A DNA stretch of 64,000 nt, taken from contig CM120640.1 in NCBI GenBank assembly GCA_051362555.1, positions 51,562,788 through 51,626,787 on the forward strand, written 5' to 3'. Under the pieces are notes generated by a model. That model ran no database searches, was not told the origin of the DNA, and was given only the letters and a program-made list of their open reading frames with translations. This DNA comes from Lingula anatina. Taxonomy: Eukaryota; Animalia; Brachiopoda. The position numbers were made by a program, and so were the translations under genes. Below are positions 39,001-52,200 of this stretch, in pieces. Each line of letters starts with the position of its first letter. Within the stretch, counting starts at the first letter, position 1.

Positions 39001-41685
39001 CCTTTGGTACTTCTTTAAGTTATGCTACTTGAAACTACACGATGACATTTGGTCAGGATTAGTTGCAATGATTGACATATCAGCTCACTTCAAACGCATC
39101 TTTAAACAGAGCACTAAGTTTAAAAAATTTTTAATGCCACCTGTCATTTCTTCTGTCCATAATAAATTTTACTTAGCATTTAAAAATCATCATGTCAGGG
39201 TCTTATTCTTAAATATGAACATTTTAAATGTCAACTCAATTTAAAAGAAAAAAACTTATTCTTCGACTTATCTGAATCTCTCTTCAAAATTTGTCATTCA
39301 GTATGATATTTTCATCTATACCTATAATTTTTTACTGAAATCAATTAATACCTCGAAAATATATCTTTTTTAGTACCTTATTTATAGATGGTCTTTTTAT
39401 TTTGAATGGTATCTTCTCAGTCATATCAAAGGTAATGATGTCCACATCATCAGATGTGCAGCAATTCTAAAGAACAAATAGCACAACAGCACAGTATAGA
39501 TTTCTCAAACATACATCAATTTAAGTCAAAACATTTTACACAAGTCAATCAATGAATTTTTAGTTCCTAATGATGACAATTCTTTAAAAAGAAAGCAGTT
39601 TGTCTCTTTAATTAAAAAAAAAATATTGAGACTCCATTCGAGTCCAAAGACTACACATTGCACTTACATGGAATAATTTCTCTGTCGTGGGTTGTACAGC
39701 AGTTATATCATAACCTTTGAGCTCCTTCTGCTTGGTCTGCAATTTGAGAAAAAAGTAAATGACTAAAATTTCTCAAAATTAACTGTGTAATGCAGAAAAA
39801 TATATCATTCTCAAATAGAACTGAATAAAACAGCTGAACTTCACCTTTTTTGACTGCAAAACAGTCAAAGAGCACAACCCCATGGATAAATTCAGCACCT
39901 ACAATACGTAATTCGTTACTCACTAGACCATGCATCTGTGCAGCATCAGTTATCACTGTGGTAAACCTTGTACACTGCTGGATGTTCTTGTATCTCTAAA
40001 AAACAGAAAATTTGGAAATATCACAAATAATGCAGCGTTTGACACTCGCACTCGCCAGCACGCCAAATGCGAGTAAAAATCAAATCTGGCATGTGAAATG
40101 TATGATGCAAGTCGCCATTTTGGCGAGTATATTTATGTCAACTTTCTATATTAAGTGTATCGGCAAAATTTAGACTCAATAAAAGTCCGATTGACATGCC
40201 AAAATTTAAGGGGAAGTTCAGGGAATTCCCCTAACTGATACTGTTAAAAACTGTTGACAATTGTAACAGGATGAAAAATTTTTGAGTAAATAAATTTCAA
40301 GCTCTCATCTCCTGTTTCAAATCCAACACACTATGATATCTTGAAAAACTCTCACTTACTTATCAGCAAATATGAATAATAAATAAATCCTAAATCCTTG
40401 TCAACATATGTTTGACAGAAACTGACCTTTTTAAATTCTTTCCATATATGCTCTGGTATCTTTATTTCTGATGCCTCTGGAACAGGTACTGTCTGAAATT
40501 ATTTCAAAATTTTGAAATCAGACATAAAATAAGTTATGTAACGTGCCAAATATTTACTATCAAAAAAAAAAAAAAAAAAAGATTATGATGCACAGCATGC
40601 AGTCTTTTTGCTAAACCAATTACATAAAAACCTTTTTCCCTACAAGAATTAAACACATAAGGTTGTTGGCAACCCTGACATAACATTTATCATGAAGCCA
40701 TTTAAAGTGAGCATAAGACTTACATTTATTTGAATCTTAACATACTGTAGATAATAGTGTAGGCATGCACAATGTTGAATTTGAAATGCATCAATATTTT
40801 AAATACCTTCTCTTGTCCCTTCTTCTTTTTCTTTGTATAAAATTCAGGTATGAAGTTGTTCATGACAATAACTTCATATCCCACTGGAAAAAATTGAAAA
40901 ATAATAAAAACTAGATATTACAATGTAAACCAATCAATCAAGCCAAATAGAAGAACAAAGAAATAAGCATGCTTATCTATGGAATTTCTTTATTTCAATG
41001 CATATTAAAGAAATTGGTTAAAGTTTTAGTTTAATTGCTTGGTATCCTCCATAAAGTAAATCTGGCAGATAAGAAATTTATGCCTGCTGTAAGTGGATCT
41101 GTTCAATCCTAAAAGATCTTGGCTCTCCACAGAGCATACAACCCAAGCTGTGTGGCACTCGAGATAGCATCAAAATGATCAGGACTACCATAACTTGGTA
41201 TTTACTCCCTGTTTCATCCATTTTATGCAGAGTGCTTAGCAACGAAACAATTTTTATTATTATTATTTTTTTTGGTAAGACCTGTTCACAGGACCTTGAT
41301 CTAAAGCTGCAAAGGTCAGCATACTACTAGCATACACACTGCTTCGCAACTTAACAGAATGTAATTTAACCTTTTTTCAAGCATGTAAAGATAAAGCCAA
41401 ATGCACTGGAGGAGAGGGTAGATGGTTGATGATGCAGCACTCATCAAATGCTTTTCAAAATTCCAGTGATAAACGAACAGTGATAAGTGTCCATGTGACA
41501 CGGAGGGCCGTAATTGATAACTTGCGAGTCATTGAGAAAATATATACTAATTAACCATATATAGATTCATACGAGTACGAATAAAAAAAATAAAACTAAC
41601 AAGACAATGCCATTTTAACCCTGTCTTCAACATTATTGCCCGAATTTTTATCGCATAAAATGTTTAGCTCGCACGGGTGCGCCAT
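36065..41685 (-). CDS. RPP30: Ribonuclease P/MRP protein subunit p30; exons 41685-41601, 40883-40807, 40492-40427, 39995-39924, 39736-39668, 39466-39377, 38610-38494, 37275-37246, 36979-36942, 36704-36625, 36366-36065 (about 341 aa)
   Basis: Spliced product contains LGYEVIVMN, YDITAVQPTTEKLFH, DVDIITFDMTEKIPFKIKRPSIN, GIHFELTYSPAIRD..CKGKNVVLSSGCERAVELRGPSDVANLGILFGLNEAQAKEAVSSRCRAVLLHAEARK, recognisably collinear with human RPP30. Exons sum to 1026 nt in frame. Confidence 0.93.
36705..36941 (-). other. U12-type (minor spliceosome) GT-AG intron in RPP30
   Basis: 5' splice site |GTATCCTT; branch-like AATCTTAAC about 13 nt before the AG; no polypyrimidine tract. Confidence 0.8.
37365..37591. 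mobile_element. Related Harbinger-type MITE in an RPP30 intron
   Basis: TAA-GGCCCTATTCCCACAGACA ... TGTCCATGGGAATGGGGTC-TAA; the right end is the reverse complement of GACCCCATTCCCA seen at 63148; internal GATCGATCTA. Confidence 0.65.
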
Positions 41686-41952
41686 CTTTAATTCAAAGTT
41701 CCTTCGATAGACGGCGTTTGGATTATTCCAGTTGTAAAAAAAACTTTCATAACAGTTAATAAAGACACCTAAATATCATATATTATATTTCTCTGAATAT
41801 CTTTCAACTTCTGTAAATAACTACATTCGGAAAATGCTAATCTCTAAATTTCGAGATGTGAGCATGTGACGTCATATATTTCCCCATCAGTTTTTCCGGT
41901 GTACTATTTCTTCCCAAAATATTTACAGATCTCTCAAAATTTTAAAGCAATC
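41686..41952. promoter_or_regulatory. Compact bidirectional promoter between RPP30 (-) and BTRC (+)
   Basis: The two ATGs are 267 bp apart. Perfect CRE TGACGTCA at 41867-41874, ETS-like TTCCGG at 41894-41899, YY1-like CGCCATCTT over the RPP30 ATG (41680-41688) and CCGCCATTTT at 42074-42083. Confidence 0.6.
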
Positions 41953-44900
41953 ATGACATCTGTGGAATCTTCCATGGAGATAAGTGTCGTGGGTGAAGAT
42001 CAACAAGAGAGAAAGAAGGTAATTCTGAAAATATATAACGTACAATGGGCGTTAGACGGAAGAATTTGTCACTCCGCCATTTTAGGTTTTCTCTGAGACC
42101 CATTTGTCTTTTTGCGTTTGCATTTTGGAAAGCTGTTAACACACCCCAGTGTGCATGTCCAATCCAATTTTGGCCTCTTTAGATGTAAAATTAACATGTT
42201 TCTTGCACGATTTGTACGAAAATTCTTAATTTTCACATAAGTAACATTTTCATTCATGTTTTATCCCGTAATCAGGCAAATGTTGTTTGTTGATAACAAG
42301 GGTAAATTTCCTGACTCAGTGACACTAGAAATTTGAAATTCAGGTTTAACTGTGTATTCAGTAAAAAAAGGCACCCCTATCATGATCTTGAAATTGAATG
42401 ATTTCTCATTTCAAGCCCTGATAAGTTAAAACTAGATATTACAAAAAAAAAAAAAAAAAAAAAAAATGAACTTTCATTTTCACGTTTGTAGTTGTAGCTG
42501 AGAGAAAAAGCTTTTACACACACATCAGAAATTGCTAAAGCTGTTATGGTTATCAAGACGGTGGTAGTCAGTCAATTAAGCCAAAATTTGCAATGCTTTC
42601 TTTTAATAAACCACTAAACAATTTGCTTCATTTCAACTTCCTTATCCTTCATTAATAGCAAGGAGACTGGCATTCATTCCTTATTTATGTATATGTATAT
42701 TGTATTTGAAATCATTTGGAAATGTGGTATGTATCCTTTGTTGTGGACTATCAAATTGACAAAATATGTAATCAAGATCTCATTAGGAAAGATAACTGGA
42801 TTTTAGTAACATGGATTTGAAATGTCATGATAGATAACAAAAGTTGATGTCATAGGGCTCACTCTGGAGTTGATGTCATAGGGCTCACTCTGGATGGCAA
42901 CTCTTTCTGGACATTTACCGTGTATTTCTCTTGAGTACAAAATAAATTTTATTAGATTAAAGAAAATATAGCATGAATGGATGTTTTTCACTTACACAAG
43001 TATGGAATGTTTGTCTGTAACTTCATTCCAAGATTGTATAGGAAACAAAACTGATGAAGATTCAAAATTACATTCTTTGTAGTCGTGTTAGAGATTCATT
43101 ACAGATAATGATTCATTGTAAATTCAAAATATTACCTAGGACTCAATACCAAAAGAAACTATTGTTCTATGTAGATCTATCCAACTCCACAAGGACTCTT
43201 GCTGAATGCAGTCAGATTATAAAGTTAACATGCCTCCTATTGCTTCTCATGTATTCTTATAATCACCAGTTTTTAATATTCTACTCAGTGCCAGGATGAT
43301 GTGTGCTAATCTGTTAATCATATTATACTAAGCGAGAGTCCCTGCTAAGTTGGATCGATCTATGTAGAACCAGAATAGTTTTAATATAGCCTGACTTTAA
43401 TTGTTGCGTGGTTGCTACACATATACGTAGTTAAAATGTTAGCCAACTTAATGCCCAGGTTCTATGCAAAATGTCAGACATTCTGAAATGAGCAGTCAGT
43501 GTTAGGAGCCATTTTGTTGATCATGTGACCACTTTCATTTGCATTTAGAATGCATTGATGGTGTTTGAGAGTATGAAATTTTTTCAGTTGTGCTAAGTGA
43601 ATTGAATTTTTTTTGGAACAACTGAGCTGTGTTATTGTTCAGACAGTGTTACAACTAAATAAGAAATGATATGAATAAAAGTTATCTATTAGCAGTAGAT
43701 TTTTACAATGATAGTGTTGTGTACAGTCATCTTGTATTACTTTGAATTGTGTGTGCAACTTCTCTGCCCTGCAATTGAGTCAATTTCTCATATGCAGCAA
43801 TTTAAATATAATTGTAAAATGGCTGCAGTTCAAAAAAAGTTGGTTGGTCCTTATCAAAAAGACAGTTATAAACAGTTAACACTATCACTTGTGTTTGTGG
43901 TTGTCTAGGACCACATATATTTGGTAGAAAATGGAAAATAATTGATTATATTTGCTTACATATGTGTCAAAATTTAAAATCAATAATGCTTACTGACTGC
44001 TTGGGCTGCCTAACCTGCCTGTTGTGTCATGTAACAGTCATGAGACAGGAGATTTCACTCAAGTTGATGATATCCCAGCTGCAGCTCAGTTTATCAGGAT
44101 TGGAGGGTTGCATGCTTACATGAGATAATGATAATAAAATGAGTTTTAATGTTTGAAATCTCAATATTTTGTTGTATTATTTTAAACTTGTGTGTTGCAA
44201 TGTGATATGTTGTTTGAAAGCTGTCCAGTCCTAAGAACTTAATAGTTTGTTGACCCAGCATGCATGTTTATGTTTTAGGCAGACTCGCACCTTTAGTACG
44301 TTTATCAAGAAGTGGATAGTAAATATCACGTTTTCTTTGACCTAGGCCTATTAAAAAAATTGCCAATCATCCTCTCAGGATTTTAAACAATATTTGAGGT
44401 TCATTGTTTAAATATTAACAGATGCAGCATTTATTCTACCACTACCAGGATATGATATAAGCTGCTAAAGCCTAAAGGCTGAACTCTGAAAGGGCAATGC
44501 TGGAAGTAGGTTGACATTTTGTATATATGTAAACTGTATGGAAGGTTTGATACAAAGCCAGAGCTTATTAATTAGTTATCAAGATATGTGGTGTTATTTC
44601 CAAAGCTCATTGAAATGGTTAAAGGGATAACAACTGTTCATATGATATCTATGTTTCACAATAAATACATTGTAAACACCTCATAGAAATATACTAAATT
44701 CTATTTTACCACCAAAACAATGGTTAATGCAATTATTGTGGAATTTGTGTTTGCCATGACATCATGTGGCCTCCATAGATGGCTTCACTTTTTAGTAATC
44801 TCTTAAGAGAATATTATAAAAAAAAAACTCTTTAGAAAAAAACTACGGACTAACTTTGAATGTGGGAATGGATTTTTATGTACAGACACAGATGTGTCTG

Positions 44901-47900
44901 TACATATAGCCATCATCTGCGTCTGTCGTCGCCGTCGTCGCCGTGCACTTTTACCGATAACACGATAAGTGGAATACTGTTTTTTCTTTTGGCTTGAAAC
45001 TTACAGAACTGATAAATATTCATAATACGCAGGTCAAGTTTGAAAATCAGCATGATCGGGTCACTTTTAGGGAATTTATGCTGTTTTTTCACTTTTTTCA
45101 GCATATATGCAGCCCCGATAACACGATAAGTGGAAAACCATTTTACCTTTTGGCTTGAAACTTACAGAACTGATGAATATTCATAATACGCAGGTTAAGT
45201 TCGAAAATCAGTGTGATTGGGTCATTTTTAGTGAATTTAGGCTGTTTTTTAATTTTTTTCAGCATATATGCAGCACCGATAACACAATAAATGGAAAACC
45301 ATTAAACCTTTTGGCTTGAAATTTACAGAACTGATGAATATTCAAAATAGGCAGGTCAAGTTCGAAAATCAGCATGATCGAGCCACTTTTATGGAAGTTA
45401 AGCTGTTTTTTCACTTTTTTCAGCATTTTTGCAACACCGATAACATGATAAATGAAAAACTGTTTTACCCTTTGACTTGTTTCTGTTGGAAGACCATCAA
45501 AAGTGGAGGATGGATCAACAAAGATACTTTGGAATACTGTCAGAAAATATCTCTTGATCTGCTCCTGTAATTGACCATGTTACCTGTTGTGCATGTTTAA
45601 AAATCAGTGTTAACTGACTGTGTTATTATAAGCATTATTTATTATTGCATCAAAATTGACAAAATGACCTATTTTGCATCTTTATTTTCTGTTTTTTGTC
45701 TGTACATTTGACAGCTTTGCTGCCTTGTTTAATCATTGGTAAGAATGAGAAAATTGTCCATTAGGTAAATCCTTTTTTTAGCCAAAATGAACAGTTGTTA
45801 TCTCTTAAACAAAAAAAAAAAAGATAAAAGGACAACTTGATTAATTGAATATAAACAGCATGATTATTCAATATTGTATCAGAAAACTGAAATCCAGGCA
45901 GATTTAAAATCCCCCTAGGTAAGATTGAGATTTCAATCTTGCCTATTTACATAACTGAATTTTGGATAAAGAATTATCATGGTGTTGTATGTAACTGCCA
46001 GTAAATGAGGAGGTAAATCATACAGTACGAATATTATGTTCTTAGTGTATAGCACCACTGAATGTGTTGAAGTAATTGCCTTTTGTTGCTTTTAGGTACA
46101 TTAAGGACATATAAATCCAGTACCATATTTATATAGCTTATTATTTGTCATTTAGTTTTCTCATGAGAAGCATATTGCATTTATTTTATTTTATTTTGTC
46201 AGATGATTGAACATAATATGAAAATATAAACATTAATTTTTGGTTGATATCTTTGAAAGTATGCTGTTGGCATATTGCCTGCTGCTTACAACTTTTCCAC
46301 CATTGTGCACCAGCTGTGAAGTGTGACATTTTTGATAATTGTTCTGAAGGAAAGTTGACCTCGGGGTTTTCTGTGGATTAATGGCCCCTGTGCTCCTCTA
46401 ATCATCTGTCTCCAATACAAATCCACACACATACACACACCCAGCCCAATAAACTAGCAAGTTTTGAATGATTGTGACAGTGAAATAAAGACACGGATTT
46501 ACTCCCTTTGTGCCGATGGCTGCTATTATAGTTGAAACATAAAATGAATGTAACATGTGGAAGTAGACATTCATATGCACAACAGCTGCACATGTCTGAA
46601 TCTCAGATTGAATCACTTTCTCTTGTAAATTTGGTAGAGACTTGTGGTGTATTTAAGGTGAGGAATGTCAGTATTGTTTTTAAGAATCAGTAAAAGTCCT
46701 TTTACTGCTAATGAGACCTTTATGGAAGGGTCACATCAACATATTACTTTAAGCTAGAAGGTTCTAGCTTGGATGACAACTGGCTTCTCAATATAATTGT
46801 TCCATTGAATGATAAGAGAGGCCAAACAATGCTGGATCTTTTGTACTTTGTTGCCACTATAATGTGGGAGTTTTTGACAGTGGTTTTTCATTTGATTTAT
46901 TTCAGGTGGAAAGTGTGGAGGCAGTGGCAAGCACAAGCAAAACTGAAGTTTATGAACCTTCAGAAGAATATAAAAAACAAAGGGACCCCTGTGTGGAAAA
47001 TTTTCAGACATGGAGTGAAATGGACCAAGTTGACTTTGTAGAACATCTACTTTCACTTATGTGTCACTATCAGCATGGTCAAGTCAATACTTTTCTTAAG
47101 CCCATGTTACAAAGAGATTTTATTTCTGCATTACCAGGTAATCTTAATACCGTCATCCACTTGCCACAATCACTCATGAATGATAATTTACTTAGCATTG
47201 GCATTGAAAACATGAGGTATTTTGCAGCAAGTAATAAACCATGTTGTAAGTTTCAGAGATACGTATATAGCTTCACGTAAAGTTGAAAGAGCTTGCTAAT
47301 GTCTGCTATATGTGCACATTGCCTCAGCCCTTTAAATATATTAATGCAAATACTTTTCAAATGTGTTTCAGCTAAAGGTTTGGATCACATAGCAGAGACT
47401 ATCCTGTCCTACCTTGATTTTAAATCACTCTGTTCAGCAGAGTTAGTTTGTAAGGAATGGTACCGTGTGATAGCAGATGGCATGCTGTGGAAGAAACTAA
47501 TAGAGCGCATGGTACGCACAGATGCCCTATGGAAGGGACTGGCAGAGAGGAGGGGCTGGTAAGAAGTTATGTTATGTAACCATGTTCTCAAAGACACCTG
47601 TATGAATTAGAAGAGCACTACTTAAATGCAGAGTTGTAGTATATGTTTACTTATTTGAGAATTTAATTGTTCAGACATTAATCATTTTGTTGGGCTGCTT
47701 ACAGCTTATAAGTGAAGCTTGTAACGAAGTTATCACTGAGCAGTGCATGGCCAAGCGTACAATTTTATTTTTTCTGTCCCAATTTCCTTTTTATGAAGCC
47801 CCAGCCATGTGACAGGCCTGTTGAACATTGACATCTCTCATAATATATTTTGTGCAGTAATCCCAGTTATTATTCTCTGCAGTTGATCACCATATATATA

Positions 47901-50900
47901 TACAAAAAAGTGATAAACCGTGTTTGGCAGCTTAACTGCTTAATCTGCTTTGTCCGGACTCCTGAACTATACCATATGTTCTATGCCATGTAAGATAAAA
48001 ACTATTTTTGTCATGATATCAGAAACATGCTGCTGATATGCATACGAAACATGTTCTTTTTAGATATTGGCCAGTATTATGACCAAACCTTTCTGATAAA
48101 TGTTATCATCCATTTTAGGGGACAGTATTTGTTCAAGCCCAAGCCAGGGGAGCCACCAAAAAATCACAAATTCTACAGACAGTTGTACCCACAGATTATT
48201 GCAGATATAGAGGTACCAATGTCTAATACAACAATTCATAATGTTAATGCAATCATCTTGGATAAATATTTAAAAGACTGATAAGAGATGGTGATAGGAA
48301 ATATATGGAGCCATGGGTTTTTCATGATGTATTTGCTTTAATGATAATTTTTGTATGAAAAAATTTCTGATGCATACCAATCATTTTGTTTTTAGAGGAT
48401 CGAAAATAACTGGAGAACTGGTCGACACACACTCCAACGCATCCACTGCCGTAGTGAAACCAGCAAAGGGGTTTACTGTTTGCAATATGACGATCAAAAA
48501 ATAATTAGTGGTTTGCGAGATAATACGATAAAGGTGAGTATTTCATGTGAAAAAAAGAGAAAGTTTTTAAGCAACAAAAAAGGAAATGAATGTTATAGAG
48601 ATTAGCAGGCATGAAGCACTTGAAGATCTAGTAGAGAATAGGCAATCACCTGCTAATACATTGAACCTTTTCAGATATGGGACAGAAATACATTAGAGTG
48701 TACTCAAGTATTGACAGCACACACAGGTTCAGTCCTATGTCTTCAGTATGATGAAAGAATCATCATCTCTGGCTCTAGTGATTCCACTGTCAGGTATGTG
48801 TGATTGCATGTTTTTATTTTTTGTGATACTTTATTTTTTCGCCCTCTCTCTCTTTTCATCATAAAAAAAAAACAAAAACGAAGGCTAGAAGCATAAGTTT
48901 TGATAGAATTTTAACAAGTGCAATATTTGAAATTCGTCTGTTTAGTTTAATATTTGTATATTTATTATATAGTGGCTGAAATGCTGAATTTTTTTTTGTG
49001 ACAGGGTCTGGGACATTAAAACAGCAGAAATGACAAACACACTAATTCACCATTGTGAGGCTGTGCTCCATTTACGGTTTGCAGATGGAATAATGGTGAC
49101 ATGCTCAAAGGTATTTTTAGTATTTTTGTCATATTTTATATAAAAGAGCTACATTTTGGCTTGAAGAACTATGTTTTGAACTAAACTGCCAGCAGCATGT
49201 AGTTTTCACCATAGTGAACATGCCTCCTAAAATACTAAATCTATGTTTAGGAACAATAAAGGCTCAGATTGTTTAGATTTTTTACTTAAACTTTATTCAA
49301 TTTGCAACAGTCAGTGCAATCTTTATTCCTTTGTTTTTATGGAAATACAATTTCAGCTCTGAATGTTTTTATAATATTGCTGAATTTCTAGATTTTTGTC
49401 TCATATTGTTTTGTTACAGGATCGTTCCATTGCTGTGTGGGACATGCAGTCTCCATCAGAAATTAATTTGAGAAGAGTGTTGGTGGGTCACAGAGCTGCA
49501 GTCAATGTTGTAGACTTTGATGACAAATACATTGTTTCTGCATCTGGTGACAGAACAATTAAGGTATGCATTTCCTACATAATGGTGACATTTCTTTAAG
49601 CTAGTACTATAAACAATGTAGATTCAACATTTTGACTGAGAACTTAGACCCCATTTCCAGAGATTAGATCGATCTACTTTAGATCGACCTAACTCCCTGG
49701 GGGTTCAGGCTAAATAGCTGTCAGCCGGGCGTTAATTACCCCCTTTCAGCTTGTAGTAGGCGGGACGGATATTTAGGCCGGATTATCTGACAGTAATCTA
49801 GTGAGACTCCCTGCAGGGATAGATCGATCTAAAAGCTCTGGGAATACAGCCTTAGAAATAGAGTAAATATAGGTCATATTGGAATGAAATATAGACCATT
49901 AAAACGTATGGTTGCTCCCCCAAGTGGCAGGTATTACTCTGTACCTGTAAGCATTTTGATTATTAGTCGCTACACAACAAAGATAAGTTGATATTTTATC
50001 TTAGAAACTGGCTGCTCAGTTCAAAATCAGGACTGTCACAGTTAAGATTAATGAAAAATATTGAGATTTCTGTCACTTCATTAAGTTTATAGTTTAAAAT
50101 GTGTCAGGTTAAGTTGGTTAAAAATGTGTCAGAAATGTGGACTGGTGGCATGTTAAAAAATGAATATATATGAAATCTGATAGTTTGGTTTGATAAAACA
50201 GGTCTGGAATACGTCCACATGTGAATTTGTCCGCACATTGAATGGCCACAAGAGAGGCATAGCATGTCTGCAATACAGAGACAGGCTTGTAGTCAGTGGG
50301 AGTTCAGATAATACTATTAGGTAAGAAAGGTTATTAGCATGTAAAAAATAATTATGTTTAGATATAGTAAGAGTGGTGAAGATGTGAATTATCCTGAAGA
50401 TGTATTTTTTACTTTGCTGGACTTTCTTCTTGTGATTTTATCTTTGAGAAAATAGAAAATTCTAAAGATGATAGGTGAGATATGTTGACATTTGGTTTAT
50501 TTTATTCAGGCTGTGGGACATAGAATGTGGTGCTTGCCTTAGAGTTCTTGAGGGTCATGAAGAACTAGTCAGATGTATCAGATTTGACAATAAAAGGATA
50601 GTCAGTGGAGCCTATGATGGGTAAGTTAACATGTCTTATAAGATGCATTACTGCAACATTTAGACACACTGTGATTTTAAGAGTTAAAGGATTATAAAAA
50701 AGCAGTGGGTCACATGTTTTATAAATTACTTGTTAAGCTTATTCTTTCAGTTCAGTATTTTTAATGCATCAAAGGCTCCCTCACAAAATGAGTAAATTAA
50801 TTTGTGATTTTGGTTGTAGAAAAATCAAGGTCTGGGACCTTGCAGCAGCACTAGATCCAAGGGCACCAGCTGGAACATTGTGTTTAAGAACATTAGTTGT

Positions 50901-51204
50901 AAGTATCAACTTTGTGTATTAAAATGTTATTATTTATTTATTTTTGTTGAAAAGAAAATAGAATTGCATTCACAACTTTTGAGTTACCTATTCAGTATAA
51001 TTTAGACATAACTTGCTGCACTTATCTCTTTTTCTTTTACTGCAGGAACATTCAGGCCGAGTATTTAGACTTCAGTTTGACGAGTTCCAAATTGTTAGCA
51101 GCTCACATGATGACACTATACTTATTTGGGACTTCCTAAATGTACCAGTGTCAGAAACCTCAAGCCGATCTCCTTCAAGGTCTTACACTTATGTGTCAAA
51201 GTGA
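41953..51204 (+). CDS. BTRC: beta-TrCP (F-box/WD40 protein, FBXW1/11, slimb ortholog); exons 41953-42018, 46906-47137, 47372-47558, 48119-48212, 48396-48533, 48675-48793, 49005-49110, 49420-49563, 50202-50320, 50510-50620, 50820-50898, 51046-51204 (about 517 aa)
   Basis: D-domain [27 protein letters not shown]-box [25 protein letters not shown], seven WD40 repeats ([27 protein letters not shown] ... [29 protein letters not shown]) and C-terminal [12 protein letters not shown]. Exons sum to 1554 nt. The first exon is the least certain part. Confidence 0.95.
42842..42893. repeat. Perfect 26-bp tandem duplication
   Basis: AGTTGATGTCATAGGGCTCACTCTGG x2. Confidence 0.9.
43157..43380. mobile_element. 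Degenerate fold-back MITE remnant, probably related to the GATCGATCTA family
   Basis: Left CTATTGTTCTATGTAGATCTATCCAACT..GGACTCTTGCT is an imperfect inverted copy of right AGCGAGAGTCC..AGTTGGATCGATCTATGTAGAACCAGAATAG. Confidence 0.45.
44873..45729 (+). mobile_element. HINE-like element (family 2, copy 1) with 3+ internal 161-bp repeats, in BTRC intron 1
   Basis: 5' hairpin TGTACAGACAC-agat-GTGTCTGTACA, (GTC)n tract, CCGATAACA repeat starts at 44954/45115/45276/45437, 3' GTCTGTACA + CAGCtttGCTG hairpin + CTTGTT. Confidence 0.7.
49647..49851. mobile_element. PIF/Harbinger (Tourist-like) MITE, BTRC intron
   Basis: Imperfect TIR GACCCCATTTCCAGAGATTAGATCGATCTA / TAGATCGATCTAAAAGCTCTGGGAATACAGCC; TTA target duplication; highly similar to 63148-63362. 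Confidence 0.8.
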
Positions 51205-52200
51205 AGTTGAAGAAATGATAAAGAAATCTTCGATTTGAAGAAAGAAACAAATGTGGAAAGATTTGTGTTGTGTGAGTGTACCGTATAATTAACACAGTGG
51301 AGGTGTCAAACATTAAACATATTGTTTACATTTCATATGTCATACCTGGAAAAAACTCTGATCATTCCCATTGCTCTTGTGAAGATAGATTCAGAAAGAT
51401 GGATTCAGGAAAACCAACAAAACTGATGTTGTCCCCTGGATGTTGCATTGGTTGTATAGCATGGCTTTTCATCGTTGTCATCATTCACTTCTCATCAATG
51501 TTTGCCCATGTATTATACTGCATCAGATGTATATAAAAACAATTTTGTCCAGTAGCTGATAATGAGATAAACAAACAAAGGACAAACTTTGGCCAATAGT
51601 TTATTGGTAAAGGTATCAGTGAGCTTTTGTAATGTTCCAACAGTTAAACATATAGAGAATGTGCTTGTATATTGAGGCCATTACTATATTCTGTCCAATT
51701 CCGAATGTGTGTTAGACTGGGAAATCTCAGGATGCACAGTACGTCTTTATCCTGTCAGGTTGGTTAGAACATCCTTGTAGTTATTATTATAGTAATCAGT
51801 CAACATATTTGAAACAGTATGTTAATTAGTATTATAAGTGCAATTGTCATGTACTGCAAATCTTGAATATGTACTGACAGCTGTTTGTTGGCAGTAAAGA
51901 TATTTGATTTCTTCACATTTAGGTGTAGCATTATTTGTATTTATAATAAATGGAAATTTCTTGATTCTTATATATTTTTGACACTTCATTTAAAAGATTT
52001 GTAGTAACTGTGTAAGTGTTGCATTGTTGCTTTTACCAGCTCCACATACTGGTCATCTGTTTAACTTTTCATTGTATAAAATCTTGTCCAATATTGTCCA
52101 ATCTAAGGTGCAAGCTTTCAGCTGCTGGAACAGATTGTTATTCTGTTGAATAAAATGTGATATAAAATTCGTGTTGTTTTAATGTAGTAACAATATTTAT

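Noticed and set aside
40033-40130. CAGCGTTTGACACTCGCACTCGCC..GGCGAGT, resembling a hAT-type MITE end
   Set aside because: No matching opposite terminus or TSD found.
41180-41300. Possible degraded SINE fragment (similar hint at about 9230-9300)
   Set aside because: No clear A/B boxes, and the similarity is too weak to call without a repeat-library search.
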